Source of the DNA: Oscillospiraceae bacterium
GTDB taxonomy: Bacteria > Bacillota > Clostridia > Peptostreptococcales > Anaerovoracaceae
Reading direction: 5' to 3'
Length of the DNA stretch: 43,008 nucleotides
Assembly (NCBI GenBank): GCA_963630135.1
Contig: CAVGMK010000111.1
Span: 1-43,008 of the forward strand
The notes under the pieces are model-generated. The model was not told the DNA's origin. It did not search any database and saw only the letters and a program-made list of their open reading frames with translations. The position numbers were made by a program, and so were the translations under genes. Positions within the stretch are counted from its first letter, which is position 1, and every line of letters starts with the position of its first letter. Of the stretch, positions 34,217 to 43,008 are shown in pieces.

Positions 34217-37200
34217 ATGAGAGAACAAGGGAGGAAGCTGTTAGCGATGGCACTGACCGTCATGGTAGTTGCATCCTATACCGTTCCGACGTTTGCGCTG
34301 GAGGCGACAAGTAGCAGCAGTGCGGCGACGGCGGGGCAGGAAACCACCGGTGAGAAGGCGGCAGGTAGCACATCCGAATCGAAGAATTCCGGCGGAACGG
34401 AGGCATCCCAGAAGGAGGCGTCCGCGTCTTCGACTACGGAGAAATCCACGGATACAGATGCCGGGAATGAGTCCACGAAGGACTCCGCCAAGGAATCCGC
34501 ATCGGAAGCATCGAAGAGCGAATCTGGCGAATCCTCGGAGGCGATAGACTCCGCAGATTCCGAAGAAGCGACAGGAGATGAGGCGACAGATACCGATTCT
34601 TCGGCCGAGACGGATTCGGAATCCGATGCGAATTCCAGCGGCACCTACGGGGATCTGAAGTGGTCCGTCGATTCGGAAGGTACCCTGAAGATTACCGGAA
34701 ATGGTGCGATGGAAGATACTTACGCAGCGGGATATCCGTGGTACGAGCATGCCGATTCCATCCGCAAGGTCGTCATCGGCGATGGCGTAACAAGCGTGGG
34801 CAACTACGCCTTCTACCGGGACTGGAGCGCCAGCGATCCAAGCTATAACAAGCTGACATCCGTCAGCATCGCGGGAAGCGTCACCGAGATTGGCGAATGG
34901 GCATTCCAGGGCTGCCAGAACATAAAGACACTGACCCTGGGCGAAGGCCTTCAGAAGATTGGGATGTATGCGTTCTCGCACTGCGAATCCCTGACCGAAG
35001 TGACACTCCCGAGCACGACAACCTCGTTCGACGCGCATGTTTTCTACAGCTGTTTCAACCTGAGCAGCATCAACATCCCGGAAGGCACGCCGGAAATCGT
35101 TAGCGGAATGTTCTCGGGTTGTTCCAGCCTCCAGCAGATTGAACTGCCGAGCTCCATCAAGGCCATCGACGCCAATTCCTTCAACGGCGCCGGCCTCACG
35201 AGCCTGACGATTCCGGACAGCGTCACCTCCATCGGCCGGTACGCTTTCTCGAGAACATACAGCCTCACCAGCTTGACAATCCCGGGTAGCGTCACCTCGA
35301 TTCACGACGAGATGTTCGGCGACGGAACATCCGACGATGTCGTGATTCACTGCGTCTGTGGTTCTGCGGCATATAATTTTGCCAAAAATAATTCCTATAA
35401 ATATGAGACTTCCGGCCATACCTGGGATGACGGCACGATTACGGTAGAGCCAACCTGCGGCAGCAAGGGGGAGAAGGTCTATACCTGCGTCGGATGCGGT
35501 GAGACGAAGACCGAAGAGCTTCCGGCTCTGGACCAGGAACACACCTGGAAATCGGATTATACGGTAGATGAAGAGCCGGTATATGAGGATGGTGTCCTGA
35601 AGACCGCCGGAACCAAGTCCATTCATTGCGAGAAGTGTGACGGAATCAAAGAAGGCTCCGAGAAGAAATATGCGGAAGCCGGCTCGCTGACCTGGGAACT
35701 GGATGCGGAAGGTACGCTGACCATTTCCGGCGAAGGCGAAATTCCGAATAATCCGTCCTGGCGCAAGGTTCTGAATTATGGCGAAGTGAAGAGCGTTGTT
35801 ATTAACGAGGGTGTGACCGCCATTGGAAACCTGGCTTTCGATAACTATTCGAAACTGAAGTCCGTCTCCATCCCAAGTAGCGTGACCGCCATCTACGGAG
35901 CGGCATTCAGCGGCTGTACTTCCCTGACCGAGGTGGAACTGCCGAATAACCTGGATACCATCAGCGACGGTGCATTCCAGGAATCGGGAATTCAGAAGAT
36001 AACGCTTCCTTCCTCCCTGAAGAAGCTGGGATCCAAAGCGTTCTATGGATGCGTAGGGCTGGAGGAAATTACCCTTCCGGCATCGCTGACTTCCTATGAA
36101 GACGAGATTCTCGCAGAGTGTCCGTCCTTGACGAAGGTCTATGCAAAGGCGAAAGAGATTACGTTCGGATCGGATGTATTTAAGAACAGCATCACCAATC
36201 TGACCATCTATTGTGCCTGCTATTCGAGTGCGAAGACTTATGCGCAGGAGAACCTGATTGCGGTAGTTGCGGACCATCAGCTACAGTCGGAATATACTGT
36301 GGATGTCGAGCCGGAATTTACGCAGAAATATGCGACGGCCTGGGAACTGAAGACATGCGGTGTTAAGACACGCCACTGCGAACTCTGCGGCGCAAGCGAT
36401 GAGTCCACGGCGATTAAATTCGCGCCGGTCATCCAGGGTGAATCGGTGAACTGGGAGTTCAAAGATGGCACGCTGACGATTTCCGGTACAGGCGGAAGCA
36501 TCGACAATCCGTCCTGGAATGATGATGCGACGGGAATTAAGAACAGTGATATCGAGAAGGTGGTTATTGAATCCGGCGTGACTACGATTAACTCCTTCGC
36601 TTTCTTCTACTGCTCGAATCTGAAATCCGTGACGATTGCGGATAGTGTTACCCGGATTGGCCATGCGGCTTTCCAGGGATGCACATCCCTGACGGAAATT
36701 GATCTGCCGGACAGCCTGACGTCGATTGGCGCCTGCGCATTCTGGCGGTGCAGCAATCTGGCATCCGTGGAGATTCCGGATAGTGTTACGGAAATCGGCG
36801 AGGAGGCATTTGAAGAGTGCAGCGCACTGAGCAATGTAATCCTGCCGAAGAGCCTGACAACGATTGGAAATAAGGCTTTCGATAATTGCGAATCCCTTCA
36901 GGAGGTAACCCTCCCGGATGGGGTGACATCCATTGGAGAACAGGCATTCAATGCCTGCGGCAAGATTCAGAGCATCACCATTCCGGAGAGCGTGACATCC
37001 GTCGGCGATAAGGCATTCAGTAATTGCGGAAGCCTCACCGATGTGACGGTTCAGTCGAAGGATGTGGAGTTCGGCGGTAATAATGTGTTCGCGGACTGTG
37101 GTAGCAATCTGACGGTTCATCTCGACTGCGATAACAGCAAGGTGAAGACTTATGCGGAGGAGAACAACCTGACCGTCGAGATCTCTCACCAGTGGAATGA

Positions 37201-40200
37201 CGGTGAGGTCACGAAGAAAGAGACCTGTACCGATGCCGGCGAGAAGACCTATACCTGTGCGCGCTGCGGCGAGACGAAGACCGAAGAGATTCCGTCTTAT
37301 GGCAAAGAGCACCAGTGGAATGCCAATGCTATCCTTCAGTATCTCGAATTCGATGAGGATACCGGTGAGATGACTCAGCCGCAAATCCGTGCGACGCAAT
37401 GTGCTACCTGCGGCGCCATCGACGAGCTGACACGTGAGGTTCACGGTATTGACGATAACGTCGCATGGTTCTGGAACCAGAATACGAAGAACCTGTTCGT
37501 CTATGACAACGTCGCCAGCGGCACGGCAGATATGCCGGATGACCCGAACTGGCGGGAATTCGTGAACTACAATACCGATGTAACATCCGTCACCCTGTCG
37601 AATAACATCCGGAAGATTGGCAAGAATGCTTTCTCCCGCTTCAATAATCTGACGTCAGTGTCCATCTACAAGAACTCGGTAATGGAGGAAATCGGCGAGA
37701 ACGCGTTCTATTGCTGCTCTGCCCTCACCTCGATTAACCTGCCGAGTGGTCTGAAGAAGATCGGCAAGAATGCCTTCACGGATACGGCCATTACGAGTCT
37801 GGATCTGCCGAATGGCCTGACAGAAATCGATGACCAGGCGTTCCATGATTGCATGAAACTGACGGAGGTAACCATTCCGGCGACGGTAACTTCCATCGGA
37901 CAGGAAGCGTTCTTCGCCTGCACGGATCTCAAGAAGGTGACCATCAACGCGAATGCGCTGGATATCGGCAAGAATGCCTTCAAGCATTGCCACAAGGATC
38001 TGGTCATCTACTGCGAGTGTGACTCGGATGCCGTGGAATATGCGAAAGAGAACCAGCTGAATTACGAAGTGACCCACGATTGGGGCGAAGATTATAACGT
38101 GGAGACAGAGCCGGTGTATGAGGATGGCAAACTCATCACGGCCGGTGTCGGTGTGCGCCAGTGTACCGATTGCGGTGAGATTGATGAGAGCTCCAGAGCC
38201 AAGTTCGGAACAGATGGCGATATATCCTGGAACTTCAATCTGGAGAGCGGCACGCTGACGATTTCCGGTGAAGGGGAAATGCCGGATAACGGAAACTGGA
38301 ATGATTTCGTCGATAGAACCGCGGTGAAGCGCGTTGTCGTCGATACCGGAATCACCAGCGTGGCGAGAAATGCTTTTAACCAATACAGGAATCTGACTGC
38401 AGTAAGACTTCCGGACACCGTGACGACGATTGGCAACGATGCCTTCTATTACTGCGATAGCCTGACAGAAATTACGCTGCCGTCTTCGCTGACGGAAATC
38501 GGGAAAGAGGCCTTCATCTACTCGGGGCTGACGAAGATTGAGCTGCCGGAGTCGCTGCGTAAGATTGGAGAAGCCGCTTTCCAGGCCACGAAGCTTCAGT
38601 CGGTGGATATTCCGGAAGGCGTGGAGACTATCGGAGCGGATGTGTTCCGCGGGAATACCAGCCTGACGGAGGTCACCATTCCGAGCACGGTGAAGACGAT
38701 TGGGGACGGTGTCTTCAATGCTTGTTCGAAGCTCGAGAAGGTGACTGTTGGCACATATGATGTGACTTTCGGCGCCGATATTTTCAAGAACTGCAATGAG
38801 GATATGGTACTGGCCTATGCCTGCGACAATACGGTGGTGTCGAAATACGCGACTGAGAATTCTCTTCAGACGGAGCTGTCTCACTTCTGGGATGATGGGG
38901 AGATTACGACGGAGCCAACCTGCACGGATGCCGGCGTAAGAACCTACAATTGCAAGAAATGCAATGCGACGAAGGCAGAAGAGGTACCGGCACTGGGCGG
39001 CGACCACGAATGGGAGACGGAATATACCATTGATAAGGAGCCAACGGCGAGCGAACCGGGTGTCAAATCTATCCACTGTAAGAAGTGTCCGGCAAAGAAG
39101 GACGAGATTAAGTACACAGCGTCTGGCACCTATAATGATATTGATTGGGAACTCGATGAAGATGGCACGCTGACCCTGAAGAGTTCGGGAGATGCCTCTT
39201 TCCCGACGTACGATGCAGAGAACGCGCCGTGGTACAACTACCGGTATCAGGTGACGAAGCTGATTATCCAGATGGATACCCCATCCGCGGTAACCATTGA
39301 GGATGGCTTCTTCAAGAGCTATACCAGCCTGATTTCCCTGGAAATTCGCGGAAATGTCGGGACGATTGAGGAAGATGCTTTTAGCGAATGCACCAAGCTC
39401 GCGGAAGTAACCATCGGAGACGGTGTGACAACCATTGAGAAATGGGCGTTCAACGGAGATAGCGCGCTGAAGAAGGTGACGGTAGAAGGAACCAGCCTTC
39501 AGACCGTGGAAGAGAGGGCCTTCCAGGATTGCAACGCGAACCTGACATTCTATTGCGAATGTTGCACGACCGCAATCGTGAATTATGCGGCGGAAGGGCA
39601 TTACACCTGTGAAGTAAGCCACGCATGGAATGAAGAATATACGGTAGAGAAGAAGGCGACCTGCACCGAGGCGGGAAGCGAATCGCTGTACTGCTCCAGA
39701 GAGGGCTGCGGCGAGAAGAAGGATACCCGCGAAATCCCGGCACTGGGCGGCGACCACGAATGGGAAGAGAATTACACCATTGACAAGCAGCCAACCGATA
39801 CCGAGGAAGGCAGCAAATCTATCCACTGCTCGAAGTGTGATGCCACGAAGGATGCAGTGGCAATCATTGCCTGCGGCGAGGACGCCGATGGGCTAACCTG
39901 GGATCTGGACGCAGACGGCAAACTGACCATCATCGGAAGCGGCAACGCGAAGCTGAGTGCGTACCGTGCTTCCGGCGCGCCGTGGAAGAGCTATAAGGAT
40001 GCCGTGAAGAGCTTGGATATCCGGATGAACACCACGGGAAGTGATGTGGTGAACGCCAGCCTCTTCGAGGGATATACCAATCTGGAGAAGGCGTCCATCA
40101 GCGGATCGATTACCCAGCTGGGTGATTATGCATTCCGGAACTGTGCGAAGCTGAAGGAAGTATCGATTACATCGAGCCTCCGATCCGTAGGAAATGCTGC

Positions 40201-43008
40201 GTTCCAGCATTGCACCGGCCTGGAGGAAATCTCTTTGCCGGATAGCGTGACCGCTATTGGAATGAGTGCTTTCCATGATTGCACGAGTCTGACAGAGATC
40301 ACCCTCCCGGCGAAATTAACCGGCCTGGGATCGTCCGTATTCTATGGCTGCACCGCGCTGAAGGAAATCGTGATTCCGCAGAACGTGCTGAAGGTTCAGG
40401 AATATACCTTCCTGGATTGTAAGAGCCTGGAGAAGGTAACCATTTCGTCTGATGTAACTGCCATTGAGCAGGCGGCCTTCATGAGATGCACCAGCCTGAC
40501 GGAAGTTACCATCCCGGCCAGCGTTACTTCCATTGCAAGCGATGCGTTCTATTCCGATAGCGCTCTGGCACGGGTAACCGTGCTGGGTACCAATCTGGAA
40601 TCCATCGCGGATAATGCATTCAGTAACTGCAGCGGTAGCCTGGTGATGGTTCACGATTGCGCTAATACAGTTGTCTCAGATTATGCGACAGCTCACAATC
40701 TGACAACCGAACTGACACACGAATGGAATACTGATTACACAACGGATAAGAAAGCGACCTGCGTGGAGCCTGGCGTGGAGTCCATCCATTGCAAGAACTG
40801 CGATACTATTAAGGAAGGCTCGGAGAGAGAGATTTCGACAATCGGTGGGGAACACGAATGGGAGACAGAGCCAACCGTGGACAAGGAAGCCACCTGCATG
40901 GAGAAGGGTAGTCAGTCCATCCACTGCAAGAACTGCGGCGCATCCGATCCGGACACCGTAGAGGAAATCCCGATGAAGGATCACGAGTACTCCGACGAAT
41001 ACACCGTGGATAAGGCGGCAACCTGTACCGAATCGGGTAGCAAATCGAAGCATTGCAAGACAGAAGGTTGCGACGCTTATGATCCGGATTCGGTTACGAC
41101 TATCGATCCGCTTGGCCATGAGTATGCCGAAGAGTATACCGTGGATGTGGAAGCCACCTGCACGAAGGCAGGCAGCGAATCCAGACATTGTACCCGTGAG
41201 GGCTGTGATGCAACCATTGACAGCCGTGCGACGGAATTGAAGTCCCATAGCTGGGGAAATGCCAAGGTGAAGACGTCGCCAACATGTACCACAGAAGGAC
41301 TGGTGGAGCTTACCTGCACTGTATGCGGTGCGACGAAGGATACCGTCATTGCTGCGCTGGGACATAATTGGGACGATGGCACAATCAAGGTGCAGCCAAC
41401 CTGCTCGTCTAAGGGAAGAATTGTCTTCGAATGCAAGCGCTGCGGTGAAGTAAGAACCCAGTCTATCGATATGATTGACCACGACTGGACGGAAGGCACG
41501 GTTACCACGGAGCCGACGTGTACGACGAAGGGTGTTATGACCTATGCCTGCCGTGCTTGCAGCACAACGAAGACGGAGTCCATTGATGCCTTAGGCCATG
41601 ACTATGTGGACAATGGCATCCTCAAGGAAGCCACCTGCACCGAGTCCGGATGGCGGAGTGAGAAGTGTAGCCGTTGCGGCGCGAAGGAGAACTACGTCAT
41701 CGAGGCCAAGGGCCACAGCTATTCCGAGACCTATACAGTAGATAAGGAAGCCACCTGCACCGAGGCGGGAAGCCAGTCGAAGCATTGCACCGAGTGCGGC
41801 GCAATCGATGAATCGTCTGTTCAGGAAATTAAGGCGACCGGTCATAGCTGGGATGATGGCGTTATCACTACGGAACCGACTTGCACCGAGAAGGGTGTGA
41901 AGACTTATACCTGCACTGCATGCAAGGAAACCAAGACGGAAGACGTAGACGCCAAGGGCCATAGCTATCCTGATACCTATACGGTAGACAAGGAAGCCAC
42001 CTGCACGGAGACTGGTAGCAAATCCATCCACTGTACGGTATGTGGACAGGTGAAGGATGGCAGTGAAGTGACAATCCCAGCCAAGAACCACGGCTGGAAC
42101 GAAGGTGAAGTCACCACAGCGGCAACCTGCACGAAAGATGGTGTGAAGACCTATACCTGCAGAGACTGCGGACAGACAAGAACCGAAGCGATTGCGAAGC
42201 TGGGCCATGACTGGAATGATGGCGAGATTACTACGCCGGCAACCTGCAAGGAAGAGGGCGTAAAGACTTACACTTGTGCAAACTGCGGAGAGACGAAGAC
42301 GGAGGCCATTGCGAAGACCACTGTTCATACTTGGGATGAAGGTAAGGAAACGAAGGCACCATCCTGCGTGGAAGAGGGTGTGAAGACCTATACTTGTACC
42401 GTATGCGATGAGACCAAGACTGAATCCATCGATAAGGTAGATCATACGTGGAATGCAGAATATACAGAGGACAAGGCGGCAACATGCTCCACGCCGGGAC
42501 TGAAATCCATTCACTGCTCGGTATGCGACACGCAGAAACCATTCACATCTGAAGTGATTCCTGCAACCGGCCATGATTGGAACGACGGCGTTGTTACTAC
42601 GGAGCCGACCTGCAAGGAAGAGGGTGTGAAGACCTATACTTGCGCTAATTGCGGTGAGACCAAGACTGAGTCCATCGATAAAGTAGATCATACGTGGAAT
42701 GCAGAATATACAGAGGACAAGGCGGCAACATGCTCCACGCCGGGACTGAAATCCATTCACTGCTCGGTATGCGACACGCAGAAACCATTCACATCTGAAG
42801 TGATTCCTGCAACCGGCCATGATTGGAACGACGGCGTTGTTACTACGGAGCCGACCTGCAAGGAGGAGGGCGTAAAGACCTACACTTGCACGACTTGTGG
42901 TGAGACCAAGACAGAGTCCATTGCGAAGACGTCTGTTCATACATGGGATGAAGGTAAGGTTACAACGGAACCGACCTGCACCGAGACCGGTGTAAAGACG
43001 TACACCTG
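34217..43008 (+). CDS. Giant secreted/surface BspA-type leucine-rich repeat (LRR_5) protein with Cys/His repeats (3' end outside window)
   Basis: ATG 34217 after GGAGG; signal peptide MREQGRKLLAMALTVMVVASYTVPTFA; IP.SVT.IG..AF..C..L repeats; H.WD.G..T.EPTC...G.KTYTC..CG.TK repeats. Frame stays in register to the window end (~2930 codons), so the ORF track omits it. Confidence 0.9.
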   Translation, partial: MREQGRKLLAMALTVMVVASYTVPTFALEATSSSSAATAGQETTGEKAAGSTSESKNSGGTEASQKEASASSTTEKSTDTDAGNESTKDSAKESASEASKSESGESSEAIDSADSEEATGDEATDTDSSAETDSESDANSSGTYGDLKWSVDSEGTLKITGNGAMEDTYAAGYPWYEHADSIRKVVIGDGVTSVGNYAFYRDWSASDPSYNKLTSVSIAGSVTEIGEWAFQGCQNIKTLTLGEGLQKIGMYAFSHCESLTEVTLPSTTTSFDAHVFYSCFNLSSINIPEGTPEIVSGMFSGCSSLQQIELPSSIKAIDANSFNGAGLTSLTIPDSVTSIGRYAFSRTYSLTSLTIPGSVTSIHDEMFGDGTSDDVVIHCVCGSAAYNFAKNNSYKYETSGHTWDDGTITVEPTCGSKGEKVYTCVGCGETKTEELPALDQEHTWKSDYTVDEEPVYEDGVLKTAGTKSIHCEKCDGIKEGSEKKYAEAGSLTWELDAEGTLTISGEGEIPNNPSWRKVLNYGEVKSVVINEGVTAIGNLAFDNYSKLKSVSIPSSVTAIYGAAFSGCTSLTEVELPNNLDTISDGAFQESGIQKITLPSSLKKLGSKAFYGCVGLEEITLPASLTSYEDEILAECPSLTKVYAKAKEITFGSDVFKNSITNLTIYCACYSSAKTYAQENLIAVVADHQLQSEYTVDVEPEFTQKYATAWELKTCGVKTRHCELCGASDESTAIKFAPVIQGESVNWEFKDGTLTISGTGGSIDNPSWNDDATGIKNSDIEKVVIESGVTTINSFAFFYCSNLKSVTIADSVTRIGHAAFQGCTSLTEIDLPDSLTSIGACAFWRCSNLASVEIPDSVTEIGEEAFEECSALSNVILPKSLTTIGNKAFDNCESLQEVTLPDGVTSIGEQAFNACGKIQSITIPESVTSVGDKAFSNCGSLTDVTVQSKDVEFGGNNVFADCGSNLTVHLDCDNSKVKTYAEENNLTVEISHQWNDGEVTKKETCTDAGEKTYTCARCGETKTEEIPSYGKEHQWNANAILQYLEFDEDTGEMTQPQIRATQCATCGAIDELTREVHGIDDNVAWFWNQNTKNLFVYDNVASGTADMPDDPNWREFVNYNTDVTSVTLSNNIRKIGKNAFSRFNNLTSVSIYKNSVMEEIGENAFYCCSALTSINLPSGLKKIGKNAFTDTAITSLDLPNGLTEIDDQAFHDCMKLTEVTIPATVTSIGQEAFFACTDLKKVTINANALDIGKNAFKHCHKDLVIYCECDSDAVEYAKENQLNYEVTHDWGEDYNVETEPVYEDGKLITAGVGVRQCTDCGEIDESSRAKFGTDGDISWNFNLESGTLTISGEGEMPDNGNWNDFVDRTAVKRVVVDTGITSVARNAFNQYRNLTAVRLPDTVTTIGNDAFYYCDSLTEITLPSSLTEIGKEAFIYSGLTKIELPESLRKIGEAAFQATKLQSVDIPEGVETIGADVFRGNTSLTEVTIPSTVKTIGDGVFNACSKLEKVTVGTYDVTFGADIFKNCNEDMVLAYACDNTVVSKYATENSLQTELSHFWDDGEITTEPTCTDAGVRTYNCKKCNATKAEEVPALGGDHEWETEYTIDKEPTASEPGVKSIHCKKCPAKKDEIKYTASGTYNDIDWELDEDGTLTLKSSGDASFPTYDAENAPWYNYRYQVTKLIIQMDTPSAVTIEDGFFKSYTSLISLEIRGNVGTIEEDAFSECTKLAEVTIGDGVTTIEKWAFNGDSALKKVTVEGTSLQTVEERAFQDCNANLTFYCECCTTAIVNYAAEGHYTCEVSHAWNEEYTVEKKATCTEAGSESLYCSREGCGEKKDTREIPALGGDHEWEENYTIDKQPTDTEEGSKSIHCSKCDATKDAVAIIACGEDADGLTWDLDADGKLTIIGSGNAKLSAYRASGAPWKSYKDAVKSLDIRMNTTGSDVVNASLFEGYTNLEKASISGSITQLGDYAFRNCAKLKEVSITSSLRSVGNAAFQHCTGLEEISLPDSVTAIGMSAFHDCTSLTEITLPAKLTGLGSSVFYGCTALKEIVIPQNVLKVQEYTFLDCKSLEKVTISSDVTAIEQAAFMRCTSLTEVTIPASVTSIASDAFYSDSALARVTVLGTNLESIADNAFSNCSGSLVMVHDCANTVVSDYATAHNLTTELTHEWNTDYTTDKKATCVEPGVESIHCKNCDTIKEGSEREISTIGGEHEWETEPTVDKEATCMEKGSQSIHCKNCGASDPDTVEEIPMKDHEYSDEYTVDKAATCTESGSKSKHCKTEGCDAYDPDSVTTIDPLGHEYAEEYTVDVEATCTKAGSESRHCTREGCDATIDSRATELKSHSWGNAKVKTSPTCTTEGLVELTCTVCGATKDTVIAALGHNWDDGTIKVQPTCSSKGRIVFECKRCGEVRTQSIDMIDHDWTEGTVTTEPTCTTKGVMTYACRACSTTKTESIDALGHDYVDNGILKEATCTESGWRSEKCSRCGAKENYVIEAKGHSYSETYTVDKEATCTEAGSQSKHCTECGAIDESSVQEIKATGHSWDDGVITTEPTCTEKGVKTYTCTACKETKTEDVDAKGHSYPDTYTVDKEATCTETGSKSIHCTVCGQVKDGSEVTIPAKNHGWNEGEVTTAATCTKDGVKTYTCRDCGQTRTEAIAKLGHDWNDGEITTPATCKEEGVKTYTCANCGETKTEAIAKTTVHTWDEGKETKAPSCVEEGVKTYTCTVCDETKTESIDKVDHTWNAEYTEDKAATCSTPGLKSIHCSVCDTQKPFTSEVIPATGHDWNDGVVTTEPTCKEEGVKTYTCANCGETKTESIDKVDHTWNAEYTEDKAATCSTPGLKSIHCSVCDTQKPFTSEVIPATGHDWNDGVVTTEPTCKEEGVKTYTCTTCGETKTESIAKTSVHTWDEGKVTTEPTCTETGVKTYT
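42437..42864 (+). repeat. Recent intragenic tandem duplication (246-bp period, 82 aa)
   Basis: 42437-42618 appears identical to 42683-42864. Confidence 0.85.

Noticed and set aside
34241..42940. Long minus-strand ORFs (up to 723 aa)
   Set aside because: The longest are antisense shadows in codon register with the giant + strand LRR gene and have no recognisable motifs.

Overview
Bacillota (Clostridia-like) chromosomal window with three zones. (1) 1-5.5 kb: a partial acetamidase/formamidase gene under a MerR-type 19-bp-spacer promoter, its divergent MerR regulator, tag, and a polar amino-acid ABC transporter. (2) About 5.5-31.3 kb: an integrase-less accessory/defence hotspot of mostly co-oriented cassettes and gene remnants. 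It holds orphan AbiEi, DUF2442 and MNT antitoxins, an HNH+DGQHR pair, two Schlafen/AlbA_2-HATPase-wHTH genes each with its own short-motif array, an MmeI-like type IIL R-M enzyme with an AT-rich specificity region, EcsC, PrsW, GNAT, Fic, YolD, AAA-DUF4143 and a four-gene SpoVK-type AAA cluster. It also holds an AT-rich divergon: a DUF4417 / YwqJ-like deaminase / putative immunity operon opposite a Thoeris-like Macro+TIR pair whose Macro protein lacks the usual membrane anchor. (3) 31.6-43 kb: dapB and dapA under a lysine riboswitch whose leader contains an extra ~215-nt highly structured domain, then a >2900-aa BspA-type LRR surface protein running off the window. Best candidates for new biology: the TM-less Thoeris-like/deaminase divergon, the RNA domain nested in the riboswitch leader, the HNH-DGQHR pair and the hairpin-rich 177-bp repeat array. 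All family calls come from motif recognition by eye, not from database searches.
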